IMG/VR virus record: IMGVR_UViG_3300020463_002440
Span: 64,001 to 128,000 of that record
Strand: one strand, 5' to 3'
Source: a virus
Length of the DNA: 64,000 nucleotides
Below, one piece after another: positions 1-9,303 of the stretch; position 1 is the stretch's first letter, and every line of letters begins with the position of its first letter. The notes under the pieces were generated by a model that saw only the letters and a program-made list of their open reading frames with translations, was not told the DNA's origin and made no database searches. The position numbers were made by a program, and so were the translations under genes.

Positions 1-495
1 CTTACCACGAATGGCGCTTGATGTAGTTGTTCCTGCGTATATTTTACAACCATTCTCTAAAGTAATGTTACCTTTATTCCATTCCTCAATACCTTGCTGC
101 ATCCATTTAGGTAATGCTTCGTAAGCTAATTGAATACGACTCAATACCTCTCTTGCGGCGTCTCCTTTGTTTGCTAATATCGCAACTGTTTTAAATTCAT
201 TAAACAAGATGTAATGTAATATAACTGCAGATGCTGTTGTTGTTTTACCACTCTGTCTTGCAGTTAATACAGCAACACGTCTTGAATCTGTAATCTTTCT
301 TGTGATATCTTTTTGATAATCATACATGTCCAAGTTAACTAAACCTTTGTCAACATGTACAATTTTAATATAGTTTTCGGCGAAGTATACAGGATCTTCC
401 GCACACTTCATATATTCCTTTAACATTTCCGGAGTAAACTCTATCTGCTCTCCAATCTTTTTAAGATAAGAGTTGCCTAGATAGCCTTTATCCAT
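1..495 (-). CDS. gp17: Terminase large subunit, T4 gp17-like (3' part runs off the window)
   Basis: Not in the ORF track; manual translation from ATG at 495 gives MDKGYLGNSYLKK...EYMKCAEDPVYFAENYIKIVHVDKGL...YDYQ...ARQSGKTTT (Walker A)...ILANK...AYEALPKWMQQGIEEWNKGNITLENG...SSAIRG, the typical gp17 N-terminal ATPase; follows gp16. Confidence 0.97.
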   Translation of the reverse strand, partial: MDKGYLGNSYLKKIGEQIEFTPEMLKEYMKCAEDPVYFAENYIKIVHVDKGLVNLDMYDYQKDITRKITDSRRVAVLTARQSGKTTTASAVILHYILFNEFKTVAILANKGDAAREVLSRIQLAYEALPKWMQQGIEEWNKGNITLENGCKIYAGTTTSSAIRGK

Positions 496-1030
496 CCTCA
501 TTATCACCTTTTATCATTTTTAATAAATCCGCAGTAGATACTATTAAGTTATTATTTGTAACATTAGTATTCTTATCAGCTGAAGGATCTTCTTCTTTAG
601 TAAATCTTTTCTTTGTCGACATTTCAACATAATCTTTGTTTGCATCAAGTAATGTTTTCATTAGTGTAGATACAACTTCAAATGCTCTAGGTGATTCCGA
701 TTGTTTCGCAATTTCTGTCATTTCTTTTACGGCATCATCGCCAAGCTGAATTATATTTTCAATGTTTGCTTTTGCTAATTCAATATCTTTTAAATTTTCT
801 TCAGCAGTTTTAGTAATTGGTACAGGCATTTGAGCTACACTTTCTTGCGGCAGATTCTTTACATCGTCTACACTTTCTACAAGTTCAACATCTTGATTTG
901 TTGAAAAGGAATTAATTGGAATATCAGGCAATTTTTCTGGATTTAATCTATCTAGTGCTTCTTGCTTTTCTTTTTCAGCATCTTCTAATGATCTCATATT
1001 AAGTGCCTGTGCTATTTTATCATCCTTCAT
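488..1030 (-). CDS. gp16: Terminase small subunit, T4 gp16-like
   Basis: AKQSESPRAFEVVSTLMKTL and NVTNNNLIVSTADLLKMIK motifs; directly upstream of gp17. Start moved to ATG 1030 (MKDDKIAQ) because the longer ORF call overlaps the upstream gene. Confidence 0.9.
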   Translation of the reverse strand: MKDDKIAQALNMRSLEDAEKEKQEALDRLNPEKLPDIPINSFSTNQDVELVESVDDVKNLPQESVAQMPVPITKTAEENLKDIELAKANIENIIQLGDDAVKEMTEIAKQSESPRAFEVVSTLMKTLLDANKDYVEMSTKKRFTKEEDPSADKNTNVTNNNLIVSTADLLKMIKGDNEDG

Positions 1031-1034
1031 AATA

Positions 1035-1457
1035 CTATTTATCCTTATTTGTCCAGGCGCAACTCTTTCGTAAACCTGATGTACTAAAACGATGATCTCT
1101 TTTATTAAAAAACAATTCAACGTCTCTTTTACGACAAATATCTTTTCCGGTAAATTCTTTATCTCTATATTCTTCACCTAAAATACGAACATGAATTGTA
1201 TATAATTCTAATATATCTTCAAGATCTCTTTCAGTTGAATATGGAATGATTTCATCAACATAACTTACAGCTTTAAGTTGAGTGTATCTTTCAACAATAG
1301 TTTGGATAGGATAATTTTTTTCTTTAGGTCGGTCAGTGGCAGGATTCATTTGTAATCCTACAATTAAATAATCACATTGTTCTTTTGCATCTCTCAGCAT
1401 TTGAACATGTCCAGCATGAAGTAGGTCAAAGCTACTACAAGTAAATCCAATTTTCAT
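1035..1457 (-). CDS. Glycerol-3-phosphate cytidylyltransferase-like nucleotidyltransferase (TagD-like)
   Basis: FDLLHAGH (HxGH), LIVGL, ER..QLKAVSYVDEII, RILGEEY, RDHRFSTSGLR motifs. Confidence 0.88.
   Translation of the reverse strand: MKIGFTCSSFDLLHAGHVQMLRDAKEQCDYLIVGLQMNPATDRPKEKNYPIQTIVERYTQLKAVSYVDEIIPYSTERDLEDILELYTIHVRILGEEYRDKEFTGKDICRKRDVELFFNKRDHRFSTSGLRKSCAWTNKDK
1036..1043 (-). promoter_or_regulatory. Putative late promoter (GATAAATA) immediately upstream of gp16
   Basis: GATAAATAGTATTATG on the minus strand; variant of the T4 late box TATAAATA. Confidence 0.5.
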
Positions 1458-1471
1458 AATATTCTTCCTTC

Positions 1472-2329
1472 TTAACTAGGTTCGGTATCAGAGATCTGCT
1501 CGATAAAGTCCCAGTTGTCATCAAATTCAATTAAGCTATAATCAACAGTTTGTGTTATATCTGAAGTCGCAACATTATTTGCTGTCGACCCAGGTTGCAT
1601 TGTTTGAAATTCTTCAAACGTTGTATTCGCAAGATCAGTACTTGCGTAACGAACATCAATAAATTTAATTGTGTTCTTATCCTTTTCAGGTCCGAAGAAC
1701 CAACCTTTCATTGTAAAGTTTAATGTATATAATATACTTCTTCTTGTTGTAAAGGCATCTTCGTAAATATCTTCTGATGCAACATCATTTAAAATTAATG
1801 GTATATCAATCGGTTCTAATCCAGTTATTAAATTTACAGTACTTGTAAAATCTGGATTAAAGAATGGTAAAATTTGTTCTAATACTTTAACAGCATCTTC
1901 ATTATATTTTGCCATAATGTATAAACTGAATCCCATATTATATGGAGTACCTGAATAGACAAATCTTCTTCCACCATTTGCTTGATCTACGGTAGTCTTT
2001 CTTAATTTTCTTGTTGGTGCAACTTTTCTTTCTGCATCATATGTAAAACTTGTTAACTCAAAAGACATACGAGGTAATGTAATTCCGTATGGTTGTCCTG
2101 CGATCGGTTGTCCTCGTGCATCTGTTGTTGCACCACCTTGTAATGCAGGATCTTGGTCAAGACGAACTAATATCTTTTGATAAGGAGCATATGATATAGG
2201 TACAATCTGTCTCTGATTTAAAGTACCATCAGTGCTTGTTCTTCTAACTTCAACCTGATTAAAATATGTACCAAATAAGGCAACATATTTACGAATCGTA
2301 GAATTGTAAAAATAATTTGCTATTGCCAT
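1472..2329 (-). CDS. gp15: Tail sheath stabilizer/terminator, T4 gp15-like
   Basis: YFYNSTIRKYVALFGTYFN, VPISYAPYQK, LPRMSFE, EQILPFFNP, YTLNFTMKGWFFGP; synteny with gp14 and gp13. Confidence 0.95.
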   Translation of the reverse strand: MAIANYFYNSTIRKYVALFGTYFNQVEVRRTSTDGTLNQRQIVPISYAPYQKILVRLDQDPALQGGATTDARGQPIAGQPYGITLPRMSFELTSFTYDAERKVAPTRKLRKTTVDQANGGRRFVYSGTPYNMGFSLYIMAKYNEDAVKVLEQILPFFNPDFTSTVNLITGLEPIDIPLILNDVASEDIYEDAFTTRRSILYTLNFTMKGWFFGPEKDKNTIKFIDVRYASTDLANTTFEEFQTMQPGSTANNVATSDITQTVDYSLIEFDDNWDFIEQISDTEPS

Positions 2330-3018
2330 TAGTTATCACTTATTTGTATATTTTCACTAAATGGATCTACTTCTGAGAAATCTAATATACTATCGCCTTC
2401 AACTTCAAAGTCAAGGTTACGAGCAAGATCATCAGTTGTTGAGATTGCATTTAGTGTTGCGTTATTTGCGTCAACAATAATATCAGTATTGTAAGCAGCA
2501 AAGTAATCGTCAATGTTAGAACGACCTGTATTAAATCTTTGATTACTGTATTCTATTAATTCACATACCATATCATAGACTTGTGTTTGTCCCATTTGAT
2601 AGAATATGCTTTCATGTTCGACATTCTTAATTTCAAAAATCTTTTCATTAAGTGGGAAGTAAATTAAATCACCTTCTCTTGGACGAATAAGATCAACAAC
2701 TTCTCGAGTCACATGTCTTTCAAAAGTTCTATTAGCAACTGTAAGTGTTAATTGATCTCTTATTTGTAATCCAAACTTAGATAAGAAATCGCCTTCTCCT
2801 TCAAAGCCTTCCATATTTTTAACATAAGCTTCAAATTCAAAAGTTTCGTTGTACTCTGGGAAATCATCTTCGTTGAAAATTTTGTCACGGCCTTTGATTG
2901 CTCTACTGATGTAAATGACATCAACACCGTATTGCTTGATGGATTCAATAACTAAATCATCAATTAAGGTTTGCTCTGATATTCTAGCGTAATTATTAAA
3001 AAATACATTAGTTGCCAT
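2329..3018 (-). CDS. gp14: Neck protein, T4 gp14-like
   Basis: EQTLIDDLVIESIKQYGVDVIYISR, FEGEGDFLSKFGLQIRD, RPREGDLIYFPL, ILDFSEVDPF. Confidence 0.96.
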   Translation of the reverse strand: MATNVFFNNYARISEQTLIDDLVIESIKQYGVDVIYISRAIKGRDKIFNEDDFPEYNETFEFEAYVKNMEGFEGEGDFLSKFGLQIRDQLTLTVANRTFERHVTREVVDLIRPREGDLIYFPLNEKIFEIKNVEHESIFYQMGQTQVYDMVCELIEYSNQRFNTGRSNIDDYFAAYNTDIIVDANNATLNAISTTDDLARNLDFEVEGDSILDFSEVDPFSENIQISDN

Positions 3019-3021
3019 GCT

Positions 3022-3765
3022 CTACCCAATATAATTGTATGATAGAGGTTGTAATTCGTTGACGGCTTCTTCTTCCATTAATTTTCTTTCCTCACGACCG
3101 TCTGCTAAAATTTGTTCCCCATTAAATGATACTCCTCCAACTAATTGCATTCCACTAAACTTGGTTAAGTTTGATCCCCACTGTTCTTTGATTAAAGCAG
3201 AGGTATAATTTTGTAACCAACGATCTGACCACACATCAGAATATGTTGAAGCATCTATTACATCATAAGCTTCAATAATAATATATTCACCTGGCACTAA
3301 CAAGTCTTTGTCCATGTCTATGAATAATTTATTTACGTGTTTATTATATCTTATTCTTGGTTTGCCTACAAGCATTTCAGATAAAAATTCCATGTGAGAC
3401 ATTGCCATATAATAGTTTGTGATATTATATCCAGTGATATCTTCAAGATTATTTAAAACAAACTGGTATTGTACATTAAAGATACCTGAACCAGTTGAAA
3501 TACTTGACTGCATATTAAAGATGCCTGAAATACCAAGCAATCCTGATGGTAAGTCAATGTATCCGTTGTCTTTGTCGGCTTGAGTTAATTGATGTTTTAA
3601 GTATACTAATTGACTTCCGTTATAATGATAGTCTCTCCAATAATCTATTGCTTCATCAATACGATCATCAATTTGCTCATCAGAAACATTAATGTCAATG
3701 ACAGGCGCACCAAGCTTTCTTAAAACCCAGTCTTTAAATTCGTTTCTTGTTGTTGGTTGTGCCAT
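3022..3765 (-). CDS. gp13: Neck protein, T4 gp13-like
   Basis: LRKLGAPVIDINVSDEQIDDRIDEA, WLQNYTSALIKEQWGSNLTKFSGMQLVGGVSFNGEQI. Confidence 0.96.
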   Translation of the reverse strand: MAQPTTRNEFKDWVLRKLGAPVIDINVSDEQIDDRIDEAIDYWRDYHYNGSQLVYLKHQLTQADKDNGYIDLPSGLLGISGIFNMQSSISTGSGIFNVQYQFVLNNLEDITGYNITNYYMAMSHMEFLSEMLVGKPRIRYNKHVNKLFIDMDKDLLVPGEYIIIEAYDVIDASTYSDVWSDRWLQNYTSALIKEQWGSNLTKFSGMQLVGGVSFNGEQILADGREERKLMEEEAVNELQPLSYNYIG

Positions 3766-3787
3766 TTAGTTTACTCTATAATTTTAT

Positions 3788-3795
3788 TATTTATA
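3788..3795 (-). promoter_or_regulatory. T4-type late promoter TATAAATA upstream of gp13
   Basis: Exact consensus in the intergenic gap, 22 nt before the ATG. Confidence 0.8.
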
Positions 3796-3797
3796 TG

Positions 3798-4742
3798 TTA
3801 GCTAGCTTCTGCAAATGTAAGAATCTTAACACCGATTTCTTTTACCTTGGTATCGGCATAACCACTTCCTCTTAACCAAAACTCAAGTTTTCCGTCGGTG
3901 TCATGCGTTCCGCCACCAATCTCATTTTCCTCAATAATTTGTCTAACGTCAAAATCTACATCTCGCGAAGTACTTATTGCTAACCAACCTGTATCATTTG
4001 ATGTACCAACTGTTGAGCCGTTGAGTGTTCTAACTGGTACAACGTAACTACTTCCGTTCGATGTTGTTCCTGACCATACTACCTTCATATGCGAGAGTGT
4101 TACTGAGGTGTTGTTTGAATATCCTGTTAGAGGTGGTGAAGTTCTCTCAATTGAATAGTAGGTATCGTCATTATAAACTTCTTCATAAGAATGAATTGTG
4201 TACCTAGAACCTCCACTATCAACATAATCGCCAACATTCCAACCTGTGCCTGGTATATTACTCTGAGCTTGAATGGTTGTACCTTGGTATATTAATGGAC
4301 CTCTATATGTTTCAGGTTCCGAACCACCTTGATAAAGTTCTACTGCATAAGTTTGTGTACCTGTTCTAGAATATACTTCGCCATCAGTAGAGCCATCCAT
4401 ACCTACAAAGCTAACTGACGAACCTGAGCCAGGAACACAGTTACATAAATGTGCAGCAAAATCGCCATATGCTGATCCACCTTCATCATATAGTCTAATC
4501 CTAGCGAGTCCAGAATTTGTAGCAGAGAATCTAATTATTACGTCGTTCTCTCCGTAAGCATCGGTTGGTGCATTTGAAATAACATTAGTTGAACAAGTTA
4601 CTGCATCTCCTGATGATGCATCTTTCATAATATCTATTGACGGAGATGTTGGAATATTGTTACCTCCGCCACCGGATACTCCGCCAGTTGCTCCTGTCGT
4701 TAATCCGATACCTGATCCTAAATTAAAAACATGTGTTGGCAT
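3798..4742 (-). CDS. Hypothetical Gly/Ser/Thr-rich virion-associated protein
   Basis: 314-aa ORF with GGAG RBS; beta-rich composition; C-terminal GWLAISTSRDVDF resembles TWLALSSDREF in the neighbouring gene. Confidence 0.6.
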   Translation of the reverse strand: MPTHVFNLGSGIGLTTGATGGVSGGGGNNIPTSPSIDIMKDASSGDAVTCSTNVISNAPTDAYGENDVIIRFSATNSGLARIRLYDEGGSAYGDFAAHLCNCVPGSGSSVSFVGMDGSTDGEVYSRTGTQTYAVELYQGGSEPETYRGPLIYQGTTIQAQSNIPGTGWNVGDYVDSGGSRYTIHSYEEVYNDDTYYSIERTSPPLTGYSNNTSVTLSHMKVVWSGTTSNGSSYVVPVRTLNGSTVGTSNDTGWLAISTSRDVDFDVRQIIEENEIGGGTHDTDGKLEFWLRGSGYADTKVKEIGVKILTFAEAS

Positions 4743-4751
4743 AATATCTCC

Positions 4752-5600
4752 TTAAGCTAGGCCGCTCCATTCGCATTCATAGTAACCTGTGGCTAATATG
4801 TTCGAACCATTTGATGTTGAAGAAATTTCTACTTTCATAACGCAATTCATATCAGCGTATGATGTAAGGTTTCTTGAGTCTCTTACTCTAAATTCTCTAT
4901 CTGAAGATAATGCAAGCCAAGTGTTGAGTGTATCACTATCAGAAACACTTAAACTGCTTCCGCTATGATTGGCTACTCTTATATAATATGTTTGTGATGG
5001 TGTAATATTGTTCCATGTAGTTGAATCATGTAAATAAGTTCCTTGCCCACCAACATTATAAATGGATTCATACTTATATACATTTCCGTCTGCATCGAAT
5101 TTCCAACCCATAATTAAATCATTAGCATTACTTCCTGCTTGGTCATAGAATGTTTCTGGGTTACTTGATATGGCACCTTGTAAAGTAACTGCCTCAGTTG
5201 GTGTACTTGATATTGATGTAAATGGAATAGCTGTTGCGTCAACTCTTGTAGAGCTCCAACAATGAAGAGTAATTTGCCATCTTCTATAGTTGCCCCAAGT
5301 CGGCTCAGTTCCTTCTGCCCAATTAATTTCTGTTCCAGTTGAAGGCCAAGACGGACCATAAGGTACAGTTGATGTATCTAATAGTAATATAGTTGATGCT
5401 CCTTCAGTTACACCTGTAAGCGAAAACTCTGTAGAAGCTCCTAAAGTACAAGTAAGAAATGGTTGAGAAAAATTAATAACATTATTTGTTGTGGTTGAAT
5501 TTGGATGAAAGTCTCTAGCGACAATGTTACTTGTCGCACCTGCTACTGATAATTTTCTATCGTCTGTAATTACTGCTGTTCCGTTTACTTTAATTGCCAT
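4752..5600 (-). CDS. Putative small fibre/decoration protein, MAIKV.G paralogue 3
   Basis: N-terminus MAIKVNGTAVI; shared domain LLLDT...WP...EPTW..YRRW. Confidence 0.65.
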   Translation of the reverse strand: MAIKVNGTAVITDDRKLSVAGATSNIVARDFHPNSTTTNNVINFSQPFLTCTLGASTEFSLTGVTEGASTILLLDTSTVPYGPSWPSTGTEINWAEGTEPTWGNYRRWQITLHCWSSTRVDATAIPFTSISSTPTEAVTLQGAISSNPETFYDQAGSNANDLIMGWKFDADGNVYKYESIYNVGGQGTYLHDSTTWNNITPSQTYYIRVANHSGSSLSVSDSDTLNTWLALSSDREFRVRDSRNLTSYADMNCVMKVEISSTSNGSNILATGYYECEWSGLA

Positions 5601-5758
5601 TATTCTTTCCCAGCTAATTTTTTAATTAGTGTTTTTATTTCTTCGAGCTGTTCATCTTCTGTATCACATTCATTAACCACATAATATTGCATAATGTGAG
5701 TATTAGCTGTAGCATCAAATATTTTTACTGGAATTTCTATTATATTTCCTTGTGCCAT
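5600..5758 (-). CDS. Small hypothetical protein (52 aa)
   Basis: Start at 5758 coupled by a TAATG overlap to the upstream stop; its stop overlaps the next start. The track's longer start overlaps the upstream gene. Confidence 0.55.
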   Translation of the reverse strand: MAQGNIIEIPVKIFDATANTHIMQYYVVNECDTEDEQLEEIKTLIKKLAGKE

Positions 5759-6246
5759 TATGCTGCGCTCCAACTTGTTGATACTACGGATACTGTAGAT
5801 GCATCCCATGCTGTAAGATAATGTACCCAATATCTCGCCGTAGCAAAATCTGGTTCAGTATCTTCAGGGTATAATATTGTTCCATTTGGAAATGTAAATG
5901 ATTGGTCATATCCGTTTGCTGTTGCATCTACCCAAAGAGTTCTCATCATTCCACTTGCGAGAGTTGTGCCTTGGATTTGCCATGTTATAGTTCCACCTAA
6001 TTGACCACCAGAACCCCACCACACCGCGCCTGCGCCTAATCCTTCAGCGGATTGCGAAAAAGATATAGGACTCGTGCCTGCACCTGGATTTGATGCAGCT
6101 ACTACATAACTCGGTTTAATATTACCTGCATGCTGAGTTGGAGTACTGCCACCGCTGTTATAACCTTTATAAGTTCCACCACCGCCTGTTACTTTAATGG
6201 TTTGTGTGTCTGATATTACTTCTGTTCCTGCTACTTTAATTGCCAT
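5758..6246 (-). CDS. Putative small fibre/decoration protein, MAIKV.G paralogue 2
   Basis: MAIKVAGTEVI N-terminus; LWVD...FP...EPDF..ARYW domain; GGAG RBS. Confidence 0.65.
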   Translation of the reverse strand: MAIKVAGTEVISDTQTIKVTGGGGTYKGYNSGGSTPTQHAGNIKPSYVVAASNPGAGTSPISFSQSAEGLGAGAVWWGSGGQLGGTITWQIQGTTLASGMMRTLWVDATANGYDQSFTFPNGTILYPEDTEPDFATARYWVHYLTAWDASTVSVVSTSWSAA

Positions 6247-6258
6247 TATTCTTCTCCA

Positions 6259-7299
6259 TTAAAACAACGGTACTGAACCGATATTTACTGCTAGCCTCAA
6301 CGAACTTAATCCGCCTGTATCTACTTCTCCTGTAGAATAAAAAGTACCTTGGTCACATTGTATTGTAATTCTGAAATCTGGATTTACACTACCAAAATTT
6401 GCTTCTGTTCTAGCTTTTTGATCACCAGGAGGATTGTTTGGATTTGCTTGAGCCATCCAACCAAATCTTAATTGTCCTGATGTAGGAACAGTATAATATG
6501 TTCCTGAATTATATCCATCGTTTGTAGGAAGTGGTCCAAAAGAATAATTAGAAGCAGTACAATCAAAGTAACACTGTTGTGATTGAACATTATATTGTGC
6601 TTGTACTGAAGTGATTCCAGTTAATCCTGTATAATTGGCATACATATAAGCATAAGTTCCTGGAGCTCCTGAATCACCATGTGCTCTTTCAATTCTAACT
6701 CTGTTATTACTTGCTTGGTGTTGAAAAGCTAAATAACACCATGTATCAGGAAAACCAGAACTTGCGAAGTGATTATTCCAAGTATCCCATGCGGATAAAG
6801 AAAAATTATCAAATGATGTTGTTCCTGATGTAGATGGCTCGTCAAACCCAACTGCTGTGCACATATTGGTATTTGTACTTTTCTCAACATTTGTAATTGT
6901 TACGTGCCAATATCTATGACTTGCCCAACTTGGTGTTGAAGGAAAGAAAAAGTTAGTAGGATCAAAGGTTGGAGTATAACTAGATGTGGTTGTATCAATT
7001 AAGAGTAGAACAGTTTCTCCTGCTGAATTACCGCCGCCACCAGCGTTGCTGACCTGGTCGATTGTATAGAGGCCTGAACTAGTTCCACCGTTTTGGGTAA
7101 GCGTTTTTTTGTAGTATGGGTAATTATAATTGATTATATCGTCGTTTACAGCATCTATGACTTCAGCTGTACCTGGGTAAAAAGTATCGTATCTTCCTCT
7201 TAAAGCAACATAAGATCCCGTCTGTACTGGATAGGAATCTCTTCCACCTAGATGTCTTCTATTATCTATGACACAATTACCGTTTACTTTTATTGCCAT
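6259..7299 (-). CDS. Putative small fibre/decoration protein, MAIKV.G paralogue 1
   Basis: MAIKVNGNCVI N-terminus; LLIDT...PTF...PSW.SHRYW domain; GGAGG RBS. Confidence 0.65.
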   Translation of the reverse strand: MAIKVNGNCVIDNRRHLGGRDSYPVQTGSYVALRGRYDTFYPGTAEVIDAVNDDIINYNYPYYKKTLTQNGGTSSGLYTIDQVSNAGGGGNSAGETVLLLIDTTTSSYTPTFDPTNFFFPSTPSWASHRYWHVTITNVEKSTNTNMCTAVGFDEPSTSGTTSFDNFSLSAWDTWNNHFASSGFPDTWCYLAFQHQASNNRVRIERAHGDSGAPGTYAYMYANYTGLTGITSVQAQYNVQSQQCYFDCTASNYSFGPLPTNDGYNSGTYYTVPTSGQLRFGWMAQANPNNPPGDQKARTEANFGSVNPDFRITIQCDQGTFYSTGEVDTGGLSSLRLAVNIGSVPLF

Positions 7300-7339
7300 C
7301 TTCGTCCTCCGACTATTAGCATTTATTAATGTACAGTTT

Positions 7340-7347
7340 TATTTATA
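7340..7347 (-). promoter_or_regulatory. T4-type late promoter TATAAATA upstream of the MAIKV.G cassette
   Basis: Exact consensus in the intergenic gap. Confidence 0.8.
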
Positions 7348-7348
7348 C

Positions 7349-8110
7349 TTAATCTCTTCTTTCAATATCAGATTCTTCGAGTTTATCTCCAAGCCATACT
7401 TCAATTACTTTTGCCGTTTCAGTTCCAACATTAGTTGCTTTGTGCCAAACTTCTTTTGGAATGTCAACGCTCATTCCTGCATGATATATTTTTGTATGTT
7501 TTGAGCCAGGCATTCCATCATCCCTATCGAGTTCCATTAAAACAGAACCACTTACAATATGCCAATGTTCAGATCTATGAAAGTGTCGTTGGTCGCTTAA
7601 TGATTTATCTGGGTCAAAAGATAATTCTTTTACTTGCCATGAACCATTTGTATCCAAAACTTTATATGTTCCCCATTTACGTTGCGTTACAGGTTGAGAC
7701 CATTCTTTTAATATCCAACTTGATGAGTTCTTTTTATTCTCTCCACCAATACCAAACTCAAATGTAACTCCTTCAACTGCCATTTCAGGGATGTTATCTG
7801 ATGTTCTATCACCACCGTTTACAAATATAATAGTATCTGAAGGATACAAAAGTTTAACTTGTTCTAAGCAATGTATTGCCGTGTCATCTGAATCATCAAA
7901 ATCAATAACTTTATCTACACAAGCAAGTTCTGAAACAATAGCTGCTCTTTCTTTAAATGGCATAAAGTATTTACCTTTCTTTCTTATAAGCCATTCATCA
8001 GAATTTAAACCAACGATTAATTTTAAACCACTAAGACTTGCTTCTTTTAAATACGCAATATGTCCTGAATGAATTGGATCAAAACCACCTGTGGCAACTA
8101 CTGTAATCAT
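7349..8110 (-). CDS. Bifunctional cytidylyltransferase-like nucleotidyltransferase + C-terminal cupin (mannose-6-phosphate isomerase type II-like)
   Basis: TGGFDPIHSGH, GLNSDEWL.RKKG, NGGDR, KKNSSSWIL; then RKWGTYKVL...VKEL...SLSDQRHFHRSEHWHIVSG...WHK...IEVWLG...EESDIER. Start 8110 inferred from an ATGA overlap with the upstream stop. Confidence 0.9.
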   Translation of the reverse strand: MITVVATGGFDPIHSGHIAYLKEASLSGLKLIVGLNSDEWLIRKKGKYFMPFKERAAIVSELACVDKVIDFDDSDDTAIHCLEQVKLLYPSDTIIFVNGGDRTSDNIPEMAVEGVTFEFGIGGENKKNSSSWILKEWSQPVTQRKWGTYKVLDTNGSWQVKELSFDPDKSLSDQRHFHRSEHWHIVSGSVLMELDRDDGMPGSKHTKIYHAGMSVDIPKEVWHKATNVGTETAKVIEVWLGDKLEESDIERRD

Positions 8111-9300
8111 TGTATTGACTCCATAAAATAATCCCATACAAAATTACATTCTTGCGCAGGCGCCTGTAATTCATTTATTGTATCTCTGCCAATTACATCA
8201 GGATGAATAAACCAATCTTCGTATGGATGATTTTCTGTAAACGAAACATTAGGAACAACTAATTCATAACCTAGTTTAAATAATATTTCTCTTGCCTCAT
8301 CTCTTCTTTCTCCACCTAGACGATAAGAATCATGTTCAAAAGTAATAACACCAAACTTATAAAAATCAAATGGAATCTTTTTCAAAATATCTATTGAGGC
8401 TTCGTCGCAATCAATTTGTAAATAATCAATGACAGGATCCATACAATGTTTATTAAATAAATCAAGATAACCAATTTCAGTTGCATCTGCACAAATGACT
8501 GTACTATTTCTTTCTTCTTTAAATTTATAACACAAAGCTTCTGAATTGTCAATAGAAATACCATTCCAACCAAACTGTGATAATAGAGCTGTATTATTAT
8601 GTATGTAAGGATCTCCTGAACCAATTTCTAACCAACTGCCGCGTTTCTTTCCATTAAACGCAGATAATACAAACATATCTTGCATGTGTTTAGAATAATT
8701 TTTTTGTACTTCTTCAATTCCTATGAAAGGATATTTAAATCTTTCTATATCTGAAATGTAATAATTTATTGTGTCAGGATAGAATATATTGTTTAGTATT
8801 TCTTTAGCTTTTTCATGTAGTTCAGATTCTAATTTTTCTCTAAAGATTAAATCAAAAAATAAATGTTTTCCATTTTGTTGACCAGATATGTACCAAGTTG
8901 CTAACGCTTGAAAAAATAATATGTCTTGATGTTCTTTATCTGTTTGTTGAAATTGTAATGCAGTCTTTGCATGCGCTAAACACTTTTTCCATTGACATGT
9001 CTGTTCGTAAAATTTACATAAGTAATAATGAGCAGCTGTTCTTGTAGGATTTAAAGCAACTGCATCAAGTAATGCACCTTCTACTGTATATCCTCTATCT
9101 CTTTGTCTATCATAACATAAAGCAATTCCAACCATGCAATCATATTGTAAATCTACACTATCAGTAATATCAGCAGACTTTAAATACAAAGATACTGCCA
9201 TTGCTCCTTGCTCTAATCTGTCGTATTCTTGAGCAAGATCAAAACATTTATGTGGATTCTTTGGATCCATAACATGTTCTTCTAATAATTTCTGTAACAT
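8107..9300 (-). CDS. TPR-like N-terminus fused to FkbM-family (Methyltransf_21-like) SAM methyltransferase
   Basis: Helical TPR-like region (AVALNPTRTAAHYYLCKFYE); C-terminal YSKHMQDMFV...LEIGSGDP...NNTALL..FGWNGISID...IDYLQIDCD...VITFEH...EDWF. Confidence 0.8.
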   Translation of the reverse strand: MLQKLLEEHVMDPKNPHKCFDLAQEYDRLEQGAMAVSLYLKSADITDSVDLQYDCMVGIALCYDRQRDRGYTVEGALLDAVALNPTRTAAHYYLCKFYEQTCQWKKCLAHAKTALQFQQTDKEHQDILFFQALATWYISGQQNGKHLFFDLIFREKLESELHEKAKEILNNIFYPDTINYYISDIERFKYPFIGIEEVQKNYSKHMQDMFVLSAFNGKKRGSWLEIGSGDPYIHNNTALLSQFGWNGISIDNSEALCYKFKEERNSTVICADATEIGYLDLFNKHCMDPVIDYLQIDCDEASIDILKKIPFDFYKFGVITFEHDSYRLGGERRDEAREILFKLGYELVVPNVSFTENHPYEDWFIHPDVIGRDTINELQAPAQECNFVWDYFMESIQ

Positions 9301-9303
9301 AAT

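Noticed and set aside
1031-1177. N-terminal extension of gp16 in the ORF track (start 1177)
   Set aside because: It overlaps the cytidylyltransferase gene in another frame; the ATG at 1030 avoids the overlap and sits just after a late-promoter box
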